Shown: in pieces, positions 10,488 to 21,823 of the stretch
Layout of the letters: each line of letters begins with the position of its first letter
Position numbering within the stretch: the stretch's first letter is position 1
Source of the DNA: Candidatus Eiseniibacteriota bacterium
Lineage (GTDB): Bacteria > Eisenbacteria > RBG-16-71-46
DNA: 64,000 bases
Direction of reading: 5' to 3'
Assembly: GCA_044223005.1 (NCBI GenBank)
Contig: JBGAML010000008.1
Span: 129,931-193,930, forward strand
Notes under the pieces: model-generated
Seen by the model: only the letters and a program-made list of their open reading frames with translations
Database searches by the model: none
Told to the model about the DNA's origin: nothing
Program-made: the position numbers and the translations under genes

Positions 10488-10919
10488 GTGAACGCATTCT
10501 CCGCGGATCGTCGACGCATGCTCCTGGCCGCACTGGGCCTCGCGCCCGCGGCCGCGACGCTGGCCTCGGCCGGTTGCGCGGCACCCGCCCCGCAGGAGGC
10601 GCCCGCCGAGGGGCTGCGCGTGCCGCTCGCGAGCCTTCCCGCCGGCGTGCACGTGCGCATGACCATGGGCGACCGGCCGGTGGACCTGCTGCGCACCGAC
10701 GCGGGCGTGATCGCGCGCTCGCTCTGGTGCACGCACATGGGCTGCGAGGTGACGTGGGACGAGAGCGCGTCGCGCTATCGCTGCCCCTGCCACGGCGGCG
10801 AGTTCGACGCGCAGGGCGAGCCCGCCGGCGGACCGCCGAAGACGGCGCTGCGGCGGCTGGTGACGCGCGTCGCCGGCGACGCCGTGGAGGTGCTGCCGCC
10901 CGCGGGGAGCACGTCATGA
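10488..10919 (+). CDS. Tat-exported Rieske [2Fe-2S] protein
   Basis: DRRRMLL twin-arginine signal with possible lipobox SAGC; CTHMGC and CPCHGG Rieske motifs. Confidence 0.9.
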   Translation: MNAFSADRRRMLLAALGLAPAAATLASAGCAAPAPQEAPAEGLRVPLASLPAGVHVRMTMGDRPVDLLRTDAGVIARSLWCTHMGCEVTWDESASRYRCPCHGGEFDAQGEPAGGPPKTALRRLVTRVAGDAVEVLPPAGSTS

Positions 10920-12490
10920 GCGCGGCGCGCGGGCCCGGCGACCGGCCGGTGCTGCTCGTCACCGGTGCGTCCGGGTTCATGGGCCGGCACCTGCTCGAGG
11001 CGCTGAAGGACGAGTACCGCATCATCGGCATCGCCCGCCGGTCGCAGGCGCGCAGCGGCGCGCCGGTGCACCCGAACATCCGCTGGTACCAGGCCGACAT
11101 CGGCGACCGGCGCATGCTCGCGCACGTGTTCGAGGACATCGCCGCGCAGGGCGGCGCGGGTGTCTGCATCCACCTCGCGGCGCACTACGACTTCACCGGC
11201 GACGACCATCCCGAGTACGAGCGCACCAATATCGAAGGCACGCGGAACGTGCTCGAGGCGTGCCGCGAGCTGGGCACGATCCGGCACTTCGTGTTCTCGA
11301 GCTCGGTTGCGGCGTGCCGGTTCCCGCCGCGGGGCAAGGCGCTGGACGAGACGAGTCCGCCGGACGGCGAGCACATCTACGCGCGGACCAAGCGCGAGGG
11401 CGAGCGCATGCTCGGCGAGTACGCGCACGCGTTCCATTCGGTGATCGTGCGCTTCGCCGCCGCGTTCTCGGACTGGTGCGAGTATCCGCCCTTCTTCATG
11501 TTCATCCAGACGTGGCTCGGCTCGGCGTGGAACCGCCGCATGCTCGGCGGCCGCGGCGAGTCGGCGATTCCGTACGTGCACGTGCACGAGATCCCGCCGT
11601 TCTTCCGCGCGCTGCTCCATCGCATCCACGAACTGCCGCAGGGGCAGGTGCTGATCGCGGGCGCGGACCGCGCCGTGAACCACGACGAGCTCTTCGCGTC
11701 GGTGATCGAGCACTTCCACGGCCGCAGGGACCGGCCGATCCACATGCCGAAGGCGCTGTGCGGCCCTGGTATGCAGGTCATGGACCTCGTCGGGCGCCTG
11801 CTGGGCGAGCGCCCGTTCGAGCGGCCGTGGATGGCGACCTACATCGACGAGGTGCTGGCGATCGATTCCACCGTGACGCGGCGGCTCCTGCACTGGGGCA
11901 CGCGCCCGCGTCTCGAGATCCTGCGGCGCATGCCGTTCCTGATGGAGAACCTCAAGGTGGATCCGCTCGAGTGGCAGCGCCGCAACCGCGCCGCCATGAA
12001 GCATGTGCGCGTGCGCAGCAACCTGCGCATCCACCAGCTGCTCGAGGCGCACGAGCAGGAGATCGCGGACACCTACCACGCCCGGCTGCACGCGCCCGAG
12101 AACGCGGCGCGGTTCCCCAACTACCAGCGCATCTCCGACGAGCAGAGCGCGTGGAACCACCGCATGGTGCTGCTCAACCTCATGAACGCGGTGCGCACGC
12201 GCGAGCGCGCGGTGTTCATGGGCTACTGCCGCGACATCGCCGAGGCGCGCTTCGCGCAGGGATTCAGCGCCGACGAGGTCTGCACGGCGCTCGAAGTGCT
12301 GAACGACATCTGCACCCGCACGATCCTCGAGGACCCGGAGTCGGACGGGCTGCAGGACCGGATCTTCGAGCACCTCACCATGACCATGCGCATCGGCGAG
12401 GACCAGGTCCAGGAGGTGTTCGAAGACCTCGAGGCAGCCGGGGTGCGGCGCCGGGAAGACGAGGCGGCGGGCTCGGCGCGCGCGGAGTGA
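10916..12490 (+). CDS. NAD(P)-dependent epimerase/dehydratase (extended SDR) with an extra C-terminal helical domain
   Basis: TGASGFMG, HLAA, FSSS, YARTK (YxxxK). ATGA overlap with the Rieske stop. Helical extension of roughly 150 aa. Confidence 0.8.
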   Translation: MSAARGPGDRPVLLVTGASGFMGRHLLEALKDEYRIIGIARRSQARSGAPVHPNIRWYQADIGDRRMLAHVFEDIAAQGGAGVCIHLAAHYDFTGDDHPEYERTNIEGTRNVLEACRELGTIRHFVFSSSVAACRFPPRGKALDETSPPDGEHIYARTKREGERMLGEYAHAFHSVIVRFAAAFSDWCEYPPFFMFIQTWLGSAWNRRMLGGRGESAIPYVHVHEIPPFFRALLHRIHELPQGQVLIAGADRAVNHDELFASVIEHFHGRRDRPIHMPKALCGPGMQVMDLVGRLLGERPFERPWMATYIDEVLAIDSTVTRRLLHWGTRPRLEILRRMPFLMENLKVDPLEWQRRNRAAMKHVRVRSNLRIHQLLEAHEQEIADTYHARLHAPENAARFPNYQRISDEQSAWNHRMVLLNLMNAVRTRERAVFMGYCRDIAEARFAQGFSADEVCTALEVLNDICTRTILEDPESDGLQDRIFEHLTMTMRIGEDQVQEVFEDLEAAGVRRREDEAAGSARAE

Positions 12491-12491
12491 G

Positions 12492-12890
12492 TCAGCGCGC
12501 GCGTGCCAGCCGGTGCATCCACGCCACGGCCAGCGCCATCACGGCGTCGCCCGCGAGCGACACCGGCACGATCCACGGCAGCGGCCCGAGCAGCATCTGC
12601 ACCGCGAGGAAGGCGACCGCGATCGACTTGGCGGTGACGAGGATCGTCACGCCTCGGTAGCGCTCCCATTCGATCGCGTAGGCGATCGCGACGACGACGT
12701 GGAACACGCCGACCTGCCGCGGAAAGAAGAGCGGCGTGGCCGCCCCGAAGCCCGAGAACCGCACGCCCCACTCGGGCGCGATCACCGCGGCGAGGCCGAG
12801 CACGGCACTGTGCAGCACGACCAGCGCGACGAGCAGCGATTCGGCCGCGCGCCAGCGGCGCTCGGTCCGCGCGGAGCGCGCCGCGGTCAC
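12492..12890 (-). CDS. Small membrane protein (about 4 TM), last gene of the hydrogenase operon
   Basis: Hydrophobic segments; GTG start overlaps the protease stop (GTGA). Confidence 0.65.
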   Translation of the reverse strand: MTAARSARTERRWRAAESLLVALVVLHSAVLGLAAVIAPEWGVRFSGFGAATPLFFPRQVGVFHVVVAIAYAIEWERYRGVTILVTAKSIAVAFLAVQMLLGPLPWIVPVSLAGDAVMALAVAWMHRLARAR

Positions 12891-13453
12891 GGCTCGCGCT
12901 CCCACCACAGGTCGGGCTCCGCCGGCACCGTCCGCTCGATGGCCGCCAGTCCGGCGGCCGACAGCTCCGCGAGCACCGCGTCGACGACCTGCGGCACCGC
13001 CGCGAGCACGGGCTCTCGCAGCCCGGTGCGCATCTCGGTGTCCACGGGCACCACGCCCACCAGCAGCACCTCGCGCGGCGCCTGCCCGGCGAACTCCAGC
13101 GTGAGCAGCGTCTCCTTGAGGCCGGGATCGTGCGGGCTCACGCGCTGCGGCGGCGGTTTCCGCAGGATCTCGTCCTTGCGGTAGCGCTTCACCGTGCCGG
13201 GAGGGGACGTCGAGGTCACGCTGTCGACGATCACCAGGTGCTCGATGCCCGCGACGTGCGGCGTGAGGTCGAGCCCGGGCGTGCCGAGGTCCTGCACGAC
13301 CACGCCCGGCGGAAACTCCCAGCGGGCCTGCAGCAGGCGGATCACGTAGGGCCCGAGCGCGTCGTCGCCCATGAGCACGTTGCCGAGCCCCAGGATGGCG
13401 ATGCGGGGCGCCGGCTGCTGCCCCGGCGCCCCGCTCGCATGTTCCCGCGTCAC
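12887..13453 (-). CDS. hybD: Hydrogenase maturation endopeptidase
   Basis: ILGLGNVLMGDDALG, DLGT, IVDSV, SPHD; follows the large subunit. Confidence 0.9.
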   Translation of the reverse strand: MTREHASGAPGQQPAPRIAILGLGNVLMGDDALGPYVIRLLQARWEFPPGVVVQDLGTPGLDLTPHVAGIEHLVIVDSVTSTSPPGTVKRYRKDEILRKPPPQRVSPHDPGLKETLLTLEFAGQAPREVLLVGVVPVDTEMRTGLREPVLAAVPQVVDAVLAELSAAGLAAIERTVPAEPDLWWEREP

Positions 13454-13454
13454 G

Positions 13455-15167
13455 TCAGCAGCCGCCTTCCCGCGTCCGCACCGTGGCGATGGGGTTGCCC
13501 TCGACGTCCGTCGTGTGGATCGCGCACGCGAGGCACGGATCGAACGAGTGCACGGTGCGCAGCACCTCGAGCGGACGCTGCGGATCGGCGACCGGGTTGC
13601 CCATCAGCGAGGCTTCGTACGGCCCCGGGCGTCCCTGTTCGTCGCGCGGTCCCGCGTTCCAGGTCGTGGGTACGACCGCCTGGTAGTTGGCGATCTTGCC
13701 GCCCTTGATCACGGTCCAGTGCGACAGCGTGCCGCGCGGCGCCTCGTGGAACCCGAAGCCACGGATCTCGCCCGTGGGGAACTTGGGCTCGTTGAACGTC
13801 GCCACGTCGCCCTTGCCGATGTTCTCGACGAGGTGGTTCCAGTGCTTGTCCGCCATCTCGCACAGCATCGCGGTGCGGATCGCGCGGGCGAGATGCCGCC
13901 CGAGCGTCGAGTGCAGCACGGCGGGCGTCAGCTTCGTCTTCGCGACGGCACCGGCGGTGTCGAGCGCCTTGTTCGCCCAGCGCGTCGTGGGTTCGTGCCC
14001 CGTCGCGACGCCCACCAGCACCTGCGCGAGCGGGCCGACCTGCATGACCTTGTCCTGGAAGCGCGGCGACTTCACCCACGAGTACTTCCCGTCGGCCTGG
14101 AAGTCGGTGTAGTGCGGCTTGGTCTCGCCCTCGAACGGGTGCAGCTGCTTCGCGCCCTCGTACCACGAGTGCGCGGTGCCCTCGGTGACGCTGTCGCGGA
14201 AGTACGGATCGTCGAAGCTCGTGATGGGCTTCGCGCCCGCGAGGTGGCCGTCGAAGATCGTGCCGCCGGGCAGGTCGAACGCCGTGCCCTTGGTGTCGAG
14301 CGGCAGGTCCGGCACGGCGAGGTAGTTCTTCACGCCCGCGCCGTACGGCAGCCAGTCGGCGTACAGCGCGCCGATCGCGCACACGTCCGGCAGGTAGACC
14401 TGCTCGATGAAGTCCTTCATCTGGTCGAGCAGGTCCTTCACCTGGTAGAGCTTCGCCATGTTGAGCGTGGACTGGTTGTCGAGGTTGATCGAGTTCGACA
14501 CGCCGCCCACGGCGAGGTTCTGGATGTTGGGCGTCTTGCCGCCCAGGATCGCCACGACCTGGTTCGCGCGCCGCTGGTAGTCGAGCGCCTGCAGGTAGTG
14601 CGACACGGCGAGCAGGTTCACCTCGGGCGGCAGCTTCATCGCCGGGTGGCCCCAGTAGCCGTTCGTGAAGATGCCCAGCTGGCCGCCGTCGACGAACGAC
14701 TGAAGCTTCTCCTTCACGCCCTTGAGCTCGACGCGGCCGTTGCGCGGCCACGGCGACAGGCTCTCCGCCAGTGCAGACGCCTTGGCGGGATCGGCCTTGA
14801 GCGCCGAGACCACGTCGACCCAGTCGAGCGCCGACAGGTGGTAGAAGTGCACGATGTGGTCGTGCAGCGCGTGCGCGATGACGATCAGGTTGCGGATGTA
14901 CTGCGCGTTGAGCGGCACCTCGAGCTGCAGCGCGTTCTCGACGGCGCGCACCGAGGCCATGGCGTGCACGGTCGTGCACACGCCGCAGAAGCGCTGCGTG
15001 AAGATCCACGCCTCGCGCGGGTCGCGGCCGAGCAGGATCAGCTCGATGCCGCGCCACATCTGGCCCGAGGCCCAGGCGTTCTTCACATGGCCGCCGTCGA
15101 CCGAGACGTCGACGCGCAGGTGGCCCTCGATCCGGGTGACGGGGTCGATCGTGATGGTCGGGCTCAT
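13455..15167 (-). CDS. hybC: [NiFe]-hydrogenase large subunit (hydrogenase-2 type)
   Basis: IDPVTRIEGH; L1 motif QRFCGVC; EAPRG; L2 motif SFDPCLACAIH followed by a cleavable tail. Confidence 0.95.
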   Translation of the reverse strand: MSPTITIDPVTRIEGHLRVDVSVDGGHVKNAWASGQMWRGIELILLGRDPREAWIFTQRFCGVCTTVHAMASVRAVENALQLEVPLNAQYIRNLIVIAHALHDHIVHFYHLSALDWVDVVSALKADPAKASALAESLSPWPRNGRVELKGVKEKLQSFVDGGQLGIFTNGYWGHPAMKLPPEVNLLAVSHYLQALDYQRRANQVVAILGGKTPNIQNLAVGGVSNSINLDNQSTLNMAKLYQVKDLLDQMKDFIEQVYLPDVCAIGALYADWLPYGAGVKNYLAVPDLPLDTKGTAFDLPGGTIFDGHLAGAKPITSFDDPYFRDSVTEGTAHSWYEGAKQLHPFEGETKPHYTDFQADGKYSWVKSPRFQDKVMQVGPLAQVLVGVATGHEPTTRWANKALDTAGAVAKTKLTPAVLHSTLGRHLARAIRTAMLCEMADKHWNHLVENIGKGDVATFNEPKFPTGEIRGFGFHEAPRGTLSHWTVIKGGKIANYQAVVPTTWNAGPRDEQGRPGPYEASLMGNPVADPQRPLEVLRTVHSFDPCLACAIHTTDVEGNPIATVRTREGGC

Positions 15168-16354
15168 GCGTGGCTCCTCGCCGGCGTCGCGGGGACGCCG
15201 CTCAGGATCGGGAAGCGCTTGACGGCCGCGATGTAGAGCGCGACCTCGAGCGCGATGATGCCGAAGGTGATCAGCAGTTCGGGCACCGCGGGGAAGTACG
15301 CCCAGCGGGTGCCGGGCTGGAAGGCGACGAGGTACGTGTCGACGCGGAACAGCGCGCCGCCCAGCACCAGCAGCAGCGCCGAGCGCACCTGCCAGACCGG
15401 GTTCCGCCGCCGCGCGTCGGACATCAGGATCGCCGCGCCGGCGAGCGGGAGGAGCAGTTCGCCGAGGAAGAACAGCCCCCGGCCCGAGAACGCCAGCGGC
15501 AGCTTGCCCGCGATCACCGCGTCGCCGAGCCGGAACACGACCCAGAAGAGCGCCACGTTCCTCGCCACGCGGCCGATCGCCGCGACCATGTCCTCGTCGT
15601 GGTGCACGCCGAACGCGCGCGCCGAGAACGCCGATTCGATCACGACGATGGAGTAGCCCAGCGTGATGCAGTTGACGAGGAACAGGAACGGCAGCCACGG
15701 CGTGAACCACAGCGGATGCATGCGCGGCCCGGGCAGCAGCATCATGGTGCCGAGCGAGGACTGGTGCATGGTCGGCAGCAGCAGGCCGAGCGCCAGGATC
15801 CACACGCCGCCGGTGTCGAGCAGCTTCAGCAGCCGCGTCGAGGTGTTCGCGAGGGACGCGTTCGGGCTCTTCGCCCACTTCTCGAGGAACGCCGGCGCCA
15901 GCTCGGCCACGAGCACGAAGTTGTAGAGCATCACGCAGAGCGCGACTTCGAGCTGCGGCGAGTGCGACCAGCGCCAGAAGAAGATCGGAACCTTCCACAG
16001 GTCCCAGAACCGCCCGAGGTCGCAGGCCACCGCGAGCACGGCGAGGCCGTAGCCGAGCAGGCTGGTGAGCACGGCCGGCCGCACCAGCGGATGGTAGCGG
16101 CCCTTGTTGAGGATGTAGACGAGCAGCGCCACGGCGTAGCCGCCGCAGCCGAGCGCGGTGCCGACGACGACGTCGATGGCGATCCAGACGCCCCACGGGT
16201 AGCCGTCGTTGAGTGCGGCGACGCTGCCGATGCCGTTGGCGAAGCGGTAGAGGAGCGTGAGCAGGCCGACGGCGGCGATCGCGAGCAGCACCCGGAACGC
16301 CGGCGTCATCAGCGGGCCGCCCACCTCGCGGTGGGTGAGGGCGTGCGTGGTCAC
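15164..16354 (-). CDS. hybB: Hydrogenase-2 NrfD-family membrane subunit
   Basis: LNDGYPWGVWIAIDV, DLGR, LPTMHQSSLG; multiple TMs; start/stop overlaps with both neighbours. Confidence 0.9.
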   Translation of the reverse strand: MTTHALTHREVGGPLMTPAFRVLLAIAAVGLLTLLYRFANGIGSVAALNDGYPWGVWIAIDVVVGTALGCGGYAVALLVYILNKGRYHPLVRPAVLTSLLGYGLAVLAVACDLGRFWDLWKVPIFFWRWSHSPQLEVALCVMLYNFVLVAELAPAFLEKWAKSPNASLANTSTRLLKLLDTGGVWILALGLLLPTMHQSSLGTMMLLPGPRMHPLWFTPWLPFLFLVNCITLGYSIVVIESAFSARAFGVHHDEDMVAAIGRVARNVALFWVVFRLGDAVIAGKLPLAFSGRGLFFLGELLLPLAGAAILMSDARRRNPVWQVRSALLLVLGGALFRVDTYLVAFQPGTRWAYFPAVPELLITFGIIALEVALYIAAVKRFPILSGVPATPARSHA

Positions 16355-17298
16355 GAGCGGCCTCCCTTCGCGGCGTCGCCGGATTCGGCCGACTTGCGGT
16401 TCTTCATCACCACGGTCGCGAGCGCGCCGTAGAGCACGATCGGCGCGATGAAGCCGCGGTAGATGCCCTCCTGCACCGTGTACGCCACGTCGGGTGCCGG
16501 CCGGTCGCCGAACTCGGGCAGGCCGAGCTTCGCGAACGGCACGTGCGAGAGGTAGAGCACCTGCGTTCCGCCCAGTTCCTTCTCGCCGTAGACGCGGTCC
16601 TGATAGTACTTGTGCGGGTTCTCCGCGATGCGGCGATGCGCCTCGGCGAGCAGCTCCTCGCGGCTGCCGTAGATCACCGCCTGGCGCGGGCAGACCTCGC
16701 AGCAGGCCGGCCCCTCGCCCTTCGGGAAGCGCGTGAAGCCGTCCCCGTCGGCGTTCGCGACCGTCTCGTGACGGACGCGGTGGCGGCAGAGCTCGCACTT
16801 CACGATCTTGGGCAGCACCTTGTCGAACTCGAACTTCGGCACGTTGAACGGGCACGCCATCTGGCAGTAGCGGCAGCCCACGCACCACCGCGGGTCGTAC
16901 TCGACCACGCCGGTCGTCGCGTTCTTGTGCAGCGAGTGCAGCATGCAGGCGCTGGCGCAGCCGGGATCGATGCAGTGCATGCACTGCGCCTTGAAGAACG
17001 ACTGCTGCTCGCCGTCCTTGTAGAGTTTGATGACGTTCTTGGTGTGGCCGTTCAGGTCCACGGGCGCCTGGTAGAGGTTGCCCGGGATGCCGCTGCGGTC
17101 GGCTTCGAGGTCGTTGGCCTCGCGGCAAGCCGCGACGCAGGCCTTGCAGCCGATGCACAGCGTGGTGTCGTAGAGCATGCCGATCGCGTGCGCGGGCGCG
17201 GTCTTCCGCTCGCGAGCGACGGCGGGCAGCGCGGAGGCGGCGGTGGAGGCCGCCGCGGCCGCGAGCACCTTGAGGACGGAGCGGCGCGTGACCTTCAT
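16351..17298 (-). CDS. hybA: Hydrogenase-2 Tat-exported 4Fe-4S electron-transfer subunit
   Basis: TRRSVLK Tat signal; CIGCKAC, CMHCIDPGCASAC, CVGCRYCQMACP, KCELC...ACCEVCP; C-terminal TM. Confidence 0.92.
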   Translation of the reverse strand: MKVTRRSVLKVLAAAAASTAASALPAVARERKTAPAHAIGMLYDTTLCIGCKACVAACREANDLEADRSGIPGNLYQAPVDLNGHTKNVIKLYKDGEQQSFFKAQCMHCIDPGCASACMLHSLHKNATTGVVEYDPRWCVGCRYCQMACPFNVPKFEFDKVLPKIVKCELCRHRVRHETVANADGDGFTRFPKGEGPACCEVCPRQAVIYGSREELLAEAHRRIAENPHKYYQDRVYGEKELGGTQVLYLSHVPFAKLGLPEFGDRPAPDVAYTVQEGIYRGFIAPIVLYGALATVVMKNRKSAESGDAAKGGRS

Positions 17299-17301
17299 CG
17301 C

Positions 17302-18420
17302 CTAGCCCTCCTTCTTCGTCTCGTTCGGCTTGTCGCCCAGCTTGCCCGACGCGACCCAGCCGGCGCCCAGCAGCGCGCCGCCCACGACGCCCGCGACGCC
17401 CGTCGCGACCGGGCTCACGTGGCCCTGCTTCGCGCCGACGGCGGGGTAGGTGTCCGGAGGCGTCGGCCGGTCGATCGGCGTGGTCTGGTGGAGCGGCACG
17501 CGGAAGCCGACTTCCTTCTCGGTGCAGCCGAAGCACGGGTGACCGACGCCGATCGGCCACGCGTCGACGTCGCCGAAGCGGATCGTCGAGCAGCTCGCGT
17601 GCGTCGCGGGACCCTTGCAGCCGAGCTTGTAGAGGCAGTAGCCGAGCCGGTGGTTCTCGTCGCCGAACTTCTCCGCGAAGCGGCCGGCGTCGAAGTGCGG
17701 GCGGCGCGGGCAGTCCTCGTGGATCGTGCGCGCGTACCCGAACAGCGGGCGGCCCTTGGCGTCGAGCGCGGGCAGCGTCCCGAGCGTCACGAACTGCAGC
17801 ACGGTGCCGAGGAAGAGGTACGGGTTCGCGGGGCAGCCCGGCAGCGTCACGACCTTCTTGTCGGTCAGCACCATCGGCGCGCCGGTGGCGCCGGTCGGGT
17901 TGGGCGCGGCCGAGGGCACGCCGCCCCACGACGCGCATGAGCCGATCGCGATCACCGCGGCGGCGTCCTTCGCGACGGTCGTCGCGAGCTCCATGGCGGT
18001 CCGGTTGCCGATCTTGCAGTAGATCCCGCCGTCCTTGGTGGGAATCGCGCCCTCGATCACGAGCACGTACTTGCCGGCGTTCGCCTTCATCGCCGACTCG
18101 AGCGCGGCCTCGGCCTGGTGGCCGGCGGCGGCGAACAGCGTCTCGTGGTAGTCGAGCGAGACGAGATCGAGGATCAGGTCCGCGATCTCGGGATGGTGCG
18201 TGCGGAGCAGCGACTCGGTGCAGCCCGTGCACTCCTGGAAGTGCAGCCAGATCACCGAGGGCTTCAGGCCCTTGCTCGCGGCCTGCACGATGCGGGGCAC
18301 CACGCTGCCGGAGAGCCCGACCGCCGCGGCGGCCATCGTGACGATCTTGAGGAAGTCGCGTCGGTGAAGCGTCTTCGGTCCGCGAGTCCCGCGTCCGCGC
18401 GTGACGACGTCGTCGGTCAT
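17302..18420 (-). CDS. hybO: [NiFe]-hydrogenase small subunit
   Basis: RRDFLK Tat signal; WLHFQECTGCTES; GSCASWGG; PGCP; HEDCPRR; CLYKLGCKGP; GHPCFGC; C-terminal anchor. Confidence 0.93.
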   Translation of the reverse strand: MTDDVVTRGRGTRGPKTLHRRDFLKIVTMAAAAVGLSGSVVPRIVQAASKGLKPSVIWLHFQECTGCTESLLRTHHPEIADLILDLVSLDYHETLFAAAGHQAEAALESAMKANAGKYVLVIEGAIPTKDGGIYCKIGNRTAMELATTVAKDAAAVIAIGSCASWGGVPSAAPNPTGATGAPMVLTDKKVVTLPGCPANPYLFLGTVLQFVTLGTLPALDAKGRPLFGYARTIHEDCPRRPHFDAGRFAEKFGDENHRLGYCLYKLGCKGPATHASCSTIRFGDVDAWPIGVGHPCFGCTEKEVGFRVPLHQTTPIDRPTPPDTYPAVGAKQGHVSPVATGVAGVVGGALLGAGWVASGKLGDKPNETKKEG

Positions 18421-18552
18421 GGTGCTGCCTCCATGTCCCCGCGATCGTTCCCAACCCGCGAACGCGGATGGTGCTGCTTCGCCGCATGCACGCACGGACG
18501 CTTCGAGTGCGTCGATCCGCAGCCGGATCGTTCGCGCGCACTTTTGGTTGAC

Positions 18553-18579
18553 TGAGTTGTCACGATGACAGTGAGTTGT
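18553..18579. promoter_or_regulatory. Candidate regulator binding site between the divergent hyb and gcvP genes
   Basis: Inverted repeat TGTCA-cga-TGACA (18558-18570) plus direct repeat tgagttgt (18553, 18572) in an AT-richer patch. Confidence 0.35.
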
Positions 18580-18870
18580 GGCGTGCGATATGGGCCAAAG
18601 GGCGCAGCGTGGCCCGGGACCCGCTGCCCCGGATTGCCGGAAGCTCGCCGCGAGGGCCGGCTTTTCCCGGCTGTCCTGCCGCCGCCGAACGGGTCCGAGG
18701 ACGGCGCACGGGGCACGGTGTCGCACGCGACCGGCGGAAACGGGGCGATCGCGAGGGGGCTGGGGCCGCTTCCGCGTGCCGCCCGGCGCCTGCTAGTGTT
18801 CCGGCGCCGCATTCGAACTCATGGCCCCGCCGTGCAGCAGGCGCTTCCGCCCCATGACAGGAGCACTTCC

Positions 18871-21741
<2,871 letters not shown>

Positions 21742-21765
21742 CGATCCCGCGACGCGTCACGACAC

Positions 21766-21795
21766 CGGCCCGCCGCGAGCGATCGCGGCGGGCCG
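21766..21795. terminator. Hairpin between convergent gcvP and GH44 genes
   Basis: Perfect 13-bp stem cggcccgccgcga / tcgcggcgggccg with GCGA loop. Confidence 0.7.
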
Positions 21796-21823
21796 TGCGC
21801 GTTTCGGGGAGGACGCCGCTCTG

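Noticed and set aside
13455..18541. Apparent 913-aa and 1125-aa hydrogenase fusion ORFs
   Set aside because: The N-terminal extensions are out-of-frame readings of the neighbouring hyb genes. True starts are at 15167 and 16354, with standard 4-nt overlaps.
18421..18870. Possible glycine riboswitch upstream of gcvP
   Set aside because: No recognisable aptamer motifs in the leader.
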